The notes beneath the pieces were generated by a model. That model worked only from the letters and a program-made list of their open reading frames with translations. It had not been told where the DNA came from and did no database searches. The position numbers were made by a program, and so were the translations under genes. 64,000 nucleotides of DNA from Bryobacterales bacterium. Its GTDB lineage: Bacteria; Acidobacteriota; Terriglobia; Bryobacterales; UBA6623. This document shows positions 40,648 to 48,824 of this stretch, one piece after another (the first letter of the stretch is position 1; each line of letters starts with the position of its first letter). The DNA lies in assembly GCA_965248205.1 (NCBI GenBank), contig CBDFIS010000006.1, positions 258,492 to 322,491 of the forward strand, read 5' to 3'.

Positions 40648-43134
40648 TTGACCGTCGTGACCCGTGGGACGATCAGCAATTGCAAGACCCCCGTGCGGAT
40701 CGACTCGACTGGTTTTGTGCTGTTGTTGGCGGCAATGTCGTCGTTACTGACGTTCACCACTTGTCAAGACGGCCCCACCCCCCTCACGGCGGAAGTTCCG
40801 CTTCACCTCGAAGACCACCTCGACGCCGCAACGATCAGTGGCTCCGAGATCCCTGCCGACCTTCCTGAACCTGTCGAATGGCATTTTGCTGACCCACAGC
40901 CTGATTGGAAACCGGCAGTCCCGCTGATTCCATCAGAAAAGCCGGTGCGAATTGTGAGAGGCAACGATTCCCTGCGCCTCATGCTGAAGAAAGGCAATCG
41001 GTATACAAGCGGTCGAATTTACGTCGATTTACCCGACTGGAACAGAAGCGACTGGGCCTCGGTCGAGGTGCGTGCGCGCGCCTCGGAAGGAGCGAAGGAG
41101 CTTTGGATAGGCTTTAACCTGCGCGAAAAACCTGGAGCCACGGCCTGGGAGCAGAGTCAATACCGCTTTTGGGGTGAGAATGTACCCTTGATCGCGGACG
41201 GCTCGGTACATACTTACTCGCTCGGTGTGGACTACTCGGACTCTATCTACGGGAAGTGGCAGGGTCCTTGGCGGCAACTCGGCCTCTCTTTCAATGCCGA
41301 TCAGCCGTCGAGTGTTGAGGTCGTGTCTGTTCGCGCTATTCCCAAGGAACTGGACTATGCGGCCGCCCCGGTCGGCGTGCGAAGGGAGGTGCGCGCCGAG
41401 TTCCATCGGCGCACACTCTTCAGTCATGCACCGGGAAGACTCGATTACCGAGTCCGTATACCTCCGGGCGGCCGTCTGGACCTTGGGCTAGGTGTGTTGC
41501 GCGACGAAACTCCAGTAACATTCCGGGTTTTGGCGGATGAGGGGACGGGCTCGACGGACACTCTTCTTGAGGAAACCCACGCAGACAAACAGCGTTGGCT
41601 GCAGCGCAGCGTCGATCTATCCCACCTTGCGGGTAAGACTCTTACCCTGGCTCTCGAAGCTGAAGCAGACCCGCCCGGAACAGTTGCGCTCTGGGCGGCG
41701 CCCACTCTGACTGGTTCGTCTTCAACCGACAGACCCAACATTATCTTCTACGTGATCGACGGCGCGGCGGCTGAGCAGATGAGCGTCTATGGGTACAACC
41801 GCAGGACGACTCCGAACTTGGAGAGATTGGCGGCCGAGGGCGCGGTTTTTGAGCACGCCTACAGCAACTCCACGTGGACCCCTACCTCAACACCATCGTT
41901 CATGACCTCTTTGCATCACAGCGTGTTGGGCGGCTTGACGGCCGACACGGATCCCATACCGGAGCAAGCATGCACCATGGCTCAACATCTCCACCGAGCC
42001 GGCTATCAAACGGCGGTGTTCACCTCCAACACGTTTGCAGGAACGACAAAGGCACTCGATCGGGAAGTGGATGCCCTCCGAGAAGCGGGCGTCAAACCTA
42101 CCTCGGTTTCCTCGAGCACCCTTCATGAGAACTTTTGGCTGTGGCGTGATTCGTACCCCGGCGAGCCCTACTGGGTTCATTTCCAAACCACTGATGTCCA
42201 CTGGCCGTACGAGCCAGGCGCACCCTTTGCGGGCCTATTTGTCAATTCAGAAAGGCGTGAGCGCTTCTACGAGTGGGAACGTCGCCTGGGGGAGGCCAGC
42301 GGCCTTGGTGGCCCGAGCCATCCTTCTTACCCTTCAGAGGCCTATCAAGAGGCGGGAGTTGACCGGGTGAGTTTCTTCGACGCCCTTCGGGGTCTGTACG
42401 ACGAGGACATGGCGCACAACGATTATCAAATCGGCAAGCTAGTCGAGCGACTGAAGGCCACCGGTGAGTGGGACAGGACGTTGCTGATTATCGCTGCCGA
42501 TCATGCCAACTTTAACGCGACTCTCCAGATTCGTGATCCTGCTCCTCCTAAGTGGGGGCCAATGTTCCAGCCCGGAAAGACCCACATCCCCATGATCTTC
42601 GTGTGGCCGGGACACATCGATCCGGGTCAACGCTTCAGCCAGCCCGTGTCCATGATCGACATACTGCCAACCATCCTCGATCTGGCTCGGCTGCCCGAGC
42701 CGGACATCATGCAAGGGCAGTCTCTAGCTCCGTTGCTTCTAAGAAAGGAGAATTGGCGGCACAAGCCGGTGATCCTGGACGAGTTTTACGTGGATCGGGA
42801 GACCGGTGAGCTAAGCGGCCACATCGAAGTAATCGATGGGCGTTGGGGGGCTTCGCTCGAGATCGACTCGGATGGCTCTGGCGAAGGGAAGTCGTCGAGA
42901 GCAGCCCAGGCTGGTCGGCCGGCTCCGCTACTCGTTTACGACCTGTGGAACGACCCTTACTGTTTGAAGAGCCTTCACGAAGAGCGACGCGACCTCGTGA
43001 AAAAGTACAGCGACTTTCTCAACGCCCAATTCGAAGCCCACAAGACATTGGCGAAGCGTTTCACGCCCGGCGAAGATTCCCCACTACACCCTGAGCAACT
43101 CAAGACCCTTCGCTCACTTGGCTACATCCAGTGA
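40648..43134 (+). CDS. Sulfatase-fold (alkaline-phosphatase superfamily) protein with a roughly 350-aa N-terminal beta-rich extension and a non-canonical active-site motif
   Basis: PNIIFYVIDGAAAEQ, STWTPTSTPSFMTSL (in place of C/S-x-P-x-R) and IIAADHANF. TTG start, uncertain. Confidence 0.75.
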   Translation: MTVVTRGTISNCKTPVRIDSTGFVLLLAAMSSLLTFTTCQDGPTPLTAEVPLHLEDHLDAATISGSEIPADLPEPVEWHFADPQPDWKPAVPLIPSEKPVRIVRGNDSLRLMLKKGNRYTSGRIYVDLPDWNRSDWASVEVRARASEGAKELWIGFNLREKPGATAWEQSQYRFWGENVPLIADGSVHTYSLGVDYSDSIYGKWQGPWRQLGLSFNADQPSSVEVVSVRAIPKELDYAAAPVGVRREVRAEFHRRTLFSHAPGRLDYRVRIPPGGRLDLGLGVLRDETPVTFRVLADEGTGSTDTLLEETHADKQRWLQRSVDLSHLAGKTLTLALEAEADPPGTVALWAAPTLTGSSSTDRPNIIFYVIDGAAAEQMSVYGYNRRTTPNLERLAAEGAVFEHAYSNSTWTPTSTPSFMTSLHHSVLGGLTADTDPIPEQACTMAQHLHRAGYQTAVFTSNTFAGTTKALDREVDALREAGVKPTSVSSSTLHENFWLWRDSYPGEPYWVHFQTTDVHWPYEPGAPFAGLFVNSERRERFYEWERRLGEASGLGGPSHPSYPSEAYQEAGVDRVSFFDALRGLYDEDMAHNDYQIGKLVERLKATGEWDRTLLIIAADHANFNATLQIRDPAPPKWGPMFQPGKTHIPMIFVWPGHIDPGQRFSQPVSMIDILPTILDLARLPEPDIMQGQSLAPLLLRKENWRHKPVILDEFYVDRETGELSGHIEVIDGRWGASLEIDSDGSGEGKSSRAAQAGRPAPLLVYDLWNDPYCLKSLHEERRDLVKKYSDFLNAQFEAHKTLAKRFTPGEDSPLHPEQLKTLRSLGYIQ

Positions 43135-43579
43135 ATCCTTGACCTTGTCGAAGGCGCGCCCCGCAGAACGACTTGCTGAACAAACGCGCCGGCTCGGGCG
43201 ATACCATCACGATCAGGACAAACTGGCACGAAGAGTTTCGCGACCTCGAGCAGAACTAAGTCCCCCGAAACGAACTACATAGCGCTTGTCCCGGCGGAAA
43301 CATGTCGGGAAATCCCGTTCGCACTCACAATCAGGGACTTCGATTCTTAACACACTCTAACAAAGCCACTTAGGCCTGATTCTTCCGACTCGGCGGTGGA
43401 GCGCTAATCTCGCTAGATCCTGCCTAACGGCGAAGGGTTGACCTATCGACATACCTACGGTCAAGGACTCGGGTGCGATCCCCCGTCGGAATAACTAACC
43501 ACGAGGACGTGCTCGGTCGGCAGACCGTTCTGACCGCCTCCGCGAACAGGCGTGGAGGGGTTGCATTCGAACCCCGAAA

Positions 43580-43613
43580 TGTGTAAGTATTCACCTATAT
43601 GAATAATTATACT
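43580..43613 (+). promoter_or_regulatory. Tandem ARG-box-like operator (predicted ArgR site) overlapping the argF start
   Basis: TGTGTAAGTATTCA (43580-43593) and TGAATAATTATACT (43600-43613) each resemble TGAAT-wwww-ATTCA and are separated by 6 nt. Their junction forms the perfect palindrome TATTCA-N6-TGAATA (43588-43605). This is the only AT-rich patch in the region. Confidence 0.45.
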
Positions 43614-44585
43614 CCAGGGTCGGAGGGTGGTGTTGAGACTGCGACCGCGCAGCGGGAGGTTCCAAAGATCGCTGCGTCACATTTTTTGACGGACCTTGAC
43701 CTTACCCCACCCGAATTGCGGACGCTGCTTGATCTGGCGGGCCGGGTGAAGGCCGCCCCTCGCGATTATGCCGACCGCCTCACCGGGCGCTCGATCGCGG
43801 TGCTGTTCGAGAAGCCGTCACTTCGGACCCGGGTCACTTTCGAGCTTGCCATTAAGCAACTGGGCGGCGATTCGGTATTTCTCGATCACCGGGACGGCCG
43901 CCTTGGAGAGCGAGAGCCCGCCCGCGACGTGGCGCGTAATCTGGACCGTTGGGTGGACGCCGTTGTCGTCCGAACGTATTCTCAATCGACTTTGGAGGAG
44001 CTGGCTCGCTGGTCTTCGGCGCCCTTAATAAACGCTCTTAGTGACCTTTACCATCCGTGCCAGGCGCTGGCGGACTTCCAGACGCTGAGGGAACAGTTCG
44101 GGACCCGCGAGGGTCTGAAGCTGGCGTTTGTCGGAGACGGAAACAATGTTGCTCATTCGCTGATGCTCGGCGCGCCGCGACTGGGGGTTTCGCTATCCGT
44201 CGCGACGCCGCCGGGATACGAGCCTGACCCGACGATTACGGCTCAGGCCCGACAGTTCGCGGTCGACAACAACTTGACTCTGGAAGTCACCAACGACCCC
44301 GCGCAAGCCGTCGAAGGCGCTTCGGCCGTCTACACGGACATCTGGACCAGCATGGGCTGGGAGGCCGAAACACAGCAGCGCCGGATCGCATTCTCGAAGT
44401 TTCAGGTCACAGACGAACTGATGGCCCAGGCCGGACCTGACGCCATATTCATGCACTGCCTGCCGGCTTCGCGCGGTGAAGAAGTCACTGACTCGGTCAT
44501 TGAGTCCTCGCGGTCGGTCGTTTTCGACCAGGCCGAAAATCGCCTGCATGCTCACAAGGCGTTGTTGCTGATGATCGTGGCGTGA
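43599..44585 (+). CDS. argF: Ornithine carbamoyltransferase
   Basis: Motifs SLRTRVTFE, HPCQALAD, DIWTSMG and HCLPA. Confidence 0.9.
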   Translation: MNNYTPGSEGGVETATAQREVPKIAASHFLTDLDLTPPELRTLLDLAGRVKAAPRDYADRLTGRSIAVLFEKPSLRTRVTFELAIKQLGGDSVFLDHRDGRLGEREPARDVARNLDRWVDAVVVRTYSQSTLEELARWSSAPLINALSDLYHPCQALADFQTLREQFGTREGLKLAFVGDGNNVAHSLMLGAPRLGVSLSVATPPGYEPDPTITAQARQFAVDNNLTLEVTNDPAQAVEGASAVYTDIWTSMGWEAETQQRRIAFSKFQVTDELMAQAGPDAIFMHCLPASRGEEVTDSVIESSRSVVFDQAENRLHAHKALLLMIVA

Positions 44586-44627
44586 CGCGCAAGTAAACGG
44601 CTAGCAGAGAACGCGGAGCGCCGGCGA

Positions 44628-45098
44628 GTGAACGAGAGGGTGGACGTGGCGACTTTGGTAGGGATTTACACAACGGAGTCGAAGGGTTCAGAACCGCAGT
44701 CCGTTGCCGAGGCACGAGCAGTACCCGGTCGGGGAATTGAAGGCGATCGCTACTTCGAGGGTCAAGGTACGTTCAGCAAGTCCGAGCACCCTGATCGCGA
44801 GGTCACTTTGATCGAGACGGAAGCCATTGAGGCACTGACCCGTGACTATGGAGTGCAGATTCCAGCGGGGTTAGCTCGCAGAAACCTTGTGACCCAAGGC
44901 CTCGCACTCAACCATCTTGTGGGACGCGAATTTAGCGTTGGTGAAGTTCGTCTTCGGGGCCTACGTTTGTGTGAACCGTGCGGGCACTTGGAGAAACTGA
45001 GTGCGCCGGGTGTTAGGAAGGGGCTCGTCCATCGAGGGGGCTTGCGCGCCCAAGTGCTGACCGCAGGTGTCTTGCGAGAGGGCGACCCGATTCGCTAG
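44628..45098 (+). CDS. MOSC domain-containing protein
   Basis: GIEGDRY and the conserved-Cys motif LCEPCGHLE near the C-terminus. YiiM-like size. Confidence 0.8.
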   Translation: MNERVDVATLVGIYTTESKGSEPQSVAEARAVPGRGIEGDRYFEGQGTFSKSEHPDREVTLIETEAIEALTRDYGVQIPAGLARRNLVTQGLALNHLVGREFSVGEVRLRGLRLCEPCGHLEKLSAPGVRKGLVHRGGLRAQVLTAGVLREGDPIR

Positions 45099-45139
45099 GC
45101 ATTTCGAGCCGCCCGGTCTCGACAAGAGGCGAAAGGCAA

Positions 45140-45610
45140 ATGGAGATTTCAATACGATCGGCGCACCCCAAAGACGCCGAGACGATTTCGGGGTTTGTTA
45201 CCGCACTCACCCAAGAGATTTGTGCTGCAATGAACAGCCGGTATTTCAATCTCGATCTGGAAGAGACGACCGCGCTGTGCCGGACGCTGATGGAACAGAA
45301 CCGCTATGTCGCGCTCCTGGCGTTCGTTCAGAACGAGCCGGTGGGTGTCGCGACCCTTACCGAAGGGTGTGCCCTTTATGTAGGCGGAGCGCTGGCTACT
45401 GTCCAAGAGGTCTATGTCCTTCCGCAGAGGCGATCGCATGGGGTCGGTGCGGCTCTGATGGCAAGCATCCATGAAATGGGTATTACGCGACAGTGGAAAG
45501 CCATTGACCTCACCACACCGCCGCTCCCCGAGTTCGAGAGAAGTGTCAAGTTTTACGAGGGGCAGGGCTTTAGGGTGGTCGGGGGCCGCAAGATGCGGAT
45601 CAATCTTTGA
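45140..45610 (+). CDS. GNAT family N-acetyltransferase
   Basis: Acetyl-CoA motif A: [15 protein letters not shown]. 156 aa. Confidence 0.8.
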   Translation: MEISIRSAHPKDAETISGFVTALTQEICAAMNSRYFNLDLEETTALCRTLMEQNRYVALLAFVQNEPVGVATLTEGCALYVGGALATVQEVYVLPQRRSHGVGAALMASIHEMGITRQWKAIDLTTPPLPEFERSVKFYEGQGFRVVGGRKMRINL

Positions 45611-45659
45611 GCCACGACTATCCGAACTCCGAGTTCGTGAAAAAAAGGACGCTTACACT

Positions 45660-46880
45660 ATGGCAACTAAACCGAAGAAAGTAGCGCTCGCCTATTCGGG
45701 CGGCCTCGACACATCGATCATCATCCCTTGGCTGAAGGAAACCTACGGCTGCGAAATAGTGGCCATCTGCGGGGACATTGGCCAGGGCGGGGACGAGCTC
45801 GAAGGCATCGTAGAGAAGGCGCAGGGCACCGGGGCGTCGGAGGTCTTTGTTGAAGACATGCGGGAGGAGTTCGTCCGCGACTACGTCTGGCCAATGGTGC
45901 GCTCTGGCGCAGTGTATGAGAACAAGTACCTGCTAGGTACTTCGATTGCTCGGCCGCTACTGGCGAAGCGCCAGGTCGAGGTCGGGCTACGCACGGGCTG
46001 CGACGCGCTCTGCCACGGTGCCACCGGCAAAGGCAATGATCAAGTCCGGTTCGAGCTCACCTACAAGGCGCTGGCGCCGCACCTGACGGTGATCGCTCCT
46101 TGGCGGGAGTGGACGATCAGCTCTCGCGAGGATGCCGTCGACTACGCCGCGGCTCACAACGTTCCGATCGAGGCGTCCAAGGAAAAGATCTACAGCCGCG
46201 ACCGCAATCTGTGGCACCTTTCGCACGAGGGCGGGGAACTGGAAGATCCCGCCAACGCACCGTCGGAGGCGGTGTGGATGCTCACGCGCAGTCCGAAAGA
46301 CGCTCCCGATTCGCCGGCTGAGGTGAAGCTGGGCTTCGAAAAAGGCACACTGGTTTCCGTCGATGGCGAGAAACTCGGGGCTGCCGAGATGGTCGAGAAG
46401 TTGAACGATCTCGGCGGGCTGCACGGCGTCGGCCGCGTTGATCTCGTCGAGAATCGCTTTGTCGGGATGAAGTCGCGGGGCTGCTACGAAACGCCCGGCG
46501 GGACGATCGTCCTGACGGCGCACCGAGAGCTCGAGAGTCTCACCCTCGACCGCGCCACGCTGCACTACAAGCAGAAGGTCGCCCTCGACTATGCCGAACT
46601 GGTCTACAACGGCGAGTGGTTTACTCCGCTGCGCGAGGCCCTGGACGGCTTTATCGATCAGACCCAGCAGACAGTCACGGGAGAAGTCGCGCTGCGACTC
46701 TACAAAGGGCACGTGGATGTCGCGAGCCGCCGATCGCCCTATTCCCTTTACTCGCAAAACATCGCGAGTTTCACCATGGGCGCCGACTATGACCAGAAGG
46801 ACGCCCAAGGATTCATCAACCTGATCGGGCTTCCGATCAAGGTTCGTGCCGCCGTTATCGGCGCATCCAAGAAATCATGA
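45660..46880 (+). CDS. argG: Argininosuccinate synthase
   Basis: [14 protein letters not shown]-binding motif. The ORF is open from 45471, but homology begins at MATKPKK (ATG 45660). Confidence 0.95.
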   Translation: MATKPKKVALAYSGGLDTSIIIPWLKETYGCEIVAICGDIGQGGDELEGIVEKAQGTGASEVFVEDMREEFVRDYVWPMVRSGAVYENKYLLGTSIARPLLAKRQVEVGLRTGCDALCHGATGKGNDQVRFELTYKALAPHLTVIAPWREWTISSREDAVDYAAAHNVPIEASKEKIYSRDRNLWHLSHEGGELEDPANAPSEAVWMLTRSPKDAPDSPAEVKLGFEKGTLVSVDGEKLGAAEMVEKLNDLGGLHGVGRVDLVENRFVGMKSRGCYETPGGTIVLTAHRELESLTLDRATLHYKQKVALDYAELVYNGEWFTPLREALDGFIDQTQQTVTGEVALRLYKGHVDVASRRSPYSLYSQNIASFTMGADYDQKDAQGFINLIGLPIKVRAAVIGASKKS

Positions 46881-48265
46881 AACTCTGGGGCGGAAGGTTC
46901 GAAAGAGGCCCGGCGGAGCTGTTCGAGCAGTTTTCCCGCTCGCTCGACTTCGATCGGGAGCTGCTGGAAGCCGACATCCTTGGTTCGAAGGCCTATGCGT
47001 CCGCTCTGGAGCGAGTTGGCATTCTCACGCCGGATGAACGAGAGAGCATCCGTACCGCCTTCGATGAGATCTCGGCCGAGTCGGCGGCGCCGGATTTCTT
47101 CGAGGGTGCAACGGACGAAGACATCCACACCTTCGTCATTCGAAAACTCGGCGAAAAGGTTGGTGACCTAGCCGAGAAGATCCACACCGGGCGCAGCCGC
47201 AACGAACAGGTCTCCACGGATTTTCGCATCTGGCTCCGAAAAGAGATTCGGTTGACGCAAGGGCGGTTGGCGGACGTTATGCAAGCACTGCTGGGATTCG
47301 CCAAGAGGGAGCCTGATGCGTTGCTGCCTGGCTACACGCACCTCCGCCGGGCGCAACCGATTCTTTGGTCGCACTACTTGTTGGCCTATTTCGAAATGTT
47401 CAGCCGCGATTGGGAGCGCTTTGACGCAGCCTATCTAAACGCGGATGTTCTTCCGCTGGGTAGTGGCGCTTTGGCCGGCAGCGGATTCCGCTTCGATCGG
47501 CAAGCGATGGCCGACGAACTCGGCTTCAGCCGAATATCGAGTAACAGCGTCGATGCCGTCTCGGATCGCGACTTCGCATTGGATTTTCTTTACGCGGCAT
47601 CGGTGACGATGCTGCACCTTAGCCGACTGGCTGAGGACTGGATTCTTTATTCGAGTGATGAGTTTGGCTTTCTCGAGATGGGCGAAGAGGTCACCAGCGG
47701 ATCGAGCTTAATGCCGCAAAAGAAGAATCCCGATGCCCTGGAACTTGTTCGAGGCAAGACAGGGCGCGTGTCGGGACAGTTGTTGTCTCTGATGATGACG
47801 TTGAAAGGCCTTCCGCTGGCCTACAACCGCGACTTGCAAGAAGATAAGGAACCTGTTCTCGATACGGCCGTGCAATTGGCCGGGTCCCTCGAAATCACAC
47901 GCCTGGTGATCGAGACGACCAAGATCAACGCCGCGGCCATGGAGACGGCTGCCAACGAGGGCTGGGGTTGTGCCACGGCGCTGGCCGAGCTGCTCGCCCG
48001 CAAAGGGGTGCCGTTCCACCGTGCGCATGAGATCGTGGGGGGTCTGGTTCTTGAAAGCCTAGGCGCCGACAAAAAGCCCCAGGATTGGACCGAGGATGAG
48101 CTTAGGCAGGTTGCACCCCAGTTTGACGGCGAGGCGGTGCAGCTTCTCTCTGCTCGGCGTACGCTCGAAAACCACTCTGTCCCGGGTGGCACAGTCCCGG
48201 GCAGCGTAGCAGAGTCGCTCCAACGGGCCGAGGAACGCGTGGCCGAAATGCGAAAGTCGTCATGA
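46877..48265 (+). CDS. argH: Argininosuccinate lyase
   Basis: N-terminus KLWGGRF and the fumarate-lyase signature [12 protein letters not shown]. Overlaps the argG stop by 4 nt. Confidence 0.95.
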   Translation: MKLWGGRFERGPAELFEQFSRSLDFDRELLEADILGSKAYASALERVGILTPDERESIRTAFDEISAESAAPDFFEGATDEDIHTFVIRKLGEKVGDLAEKIHTGRSRNEQVSTDFRIWLRKEIRLTQGRLADVMQALLGFAKREPDALLPGYTHLRRAQPILWSHYLLAYFEMFSRDWERFDAAYLNADVLPLGSGALAGSGFRFDRQAMADELGFSRISSNSVDAVSDRDFALDFLYAASVTMLHLSRLAEDWILYSSDEFGFLEMGEEVTSGSSLMPQKKNPDALELVRGKTGRVSGQLLSLMMTLKGLPLAYNRDLQEDKEPVLDTAVQLAGSLEITRLVIETTKINAAAMETAANEGWGCATALAELLARKGVPFHRAHEIVGGLVLESLGADKKPQDWTEDELRQVAPQFDGEAVQLLSARRTLENHSVPGGTVPGSVAESLQRAEERVAEMRKSS

Positions 48266-48702
48266 AGAAAGCGTTTCGGCAGGCACAGATCGGGAAACTC
48301 ATCCGCGCTAAGCCGATCCTCACGCAGGACGAGCTGGCCGCAGAACTAGGTGCGACGGGAATTCAAGCGAGCCAGGTGACGCTGTCGCGCGACATCCGCG
48401 AGCTGGGAATCGTCAAGACCCCTGAAGGCTACCGGGAGCGGAACTCGATTCCGCTGTCGGAGCCTCCGCGTGAAAACCTCCGCCGCGTTTTACAAGAGTT
48501 TTTGCGCGACGTCAAGGTAGCGCAGAACCTCGTTGTTCTGAAGACGGCACCGGGCGGGGCCTCCGCGGTAGGGCTGGCCCTCGACGCTGAAGACTGGCCT
48601 GAACTTCTCGGTACCGTCGCGGGCGACGATACGCTATTTGCAGCGACTCCGAGCGCACGCGCCGCGAAGAAACTGCGGAAGACCCTGCTCGAGATTTGGT
48701 GA
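48262..48702 (+). CDS. argR: Arginine repressor
   Basis: Winged-helix N-terminus (..ILTQDELAAELGATGIQASQVTLSRDIRELGIVK) and C-terminal oligomerisation/arginine-binding motif GTVAGDDT. Overlaps the argH stop by 4 nt. Confidence 0.85.
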   Translation: MKKAFRQAQIGKLIRAKPILTQDELAAELGATGIQASQVTLSRDIRELGIVKTPEGYRERNSIPLSEPPRENLRRVLQEFLRDVKVAQNLVVLKTAPGGASAVGLALDAEDWPELLGTVAGDDTLFAATPSARAAKKLRKTLLEIW

Positions 48703-48824
48703 GTTGGGGGTCGAAGCGCCCCAAGGCGCCGAAAACGAAGGCACGGTTGATGTATGAGGATCCTGACGTGAGAGGCAAAAGGCGGCAGGCGGCCGTTACA
48801 GAAGACATATCCCTCAGCCCGCAC

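Noticed and set aside
43135-43560. A possible gene remnant after the sulfatase-like gene (a short frame ending ..GDTITIRTNWHEEFRDLEQN*).
   Set aside because: It is under 40 codons with no start, and the similarity was unrecognisable by eye.
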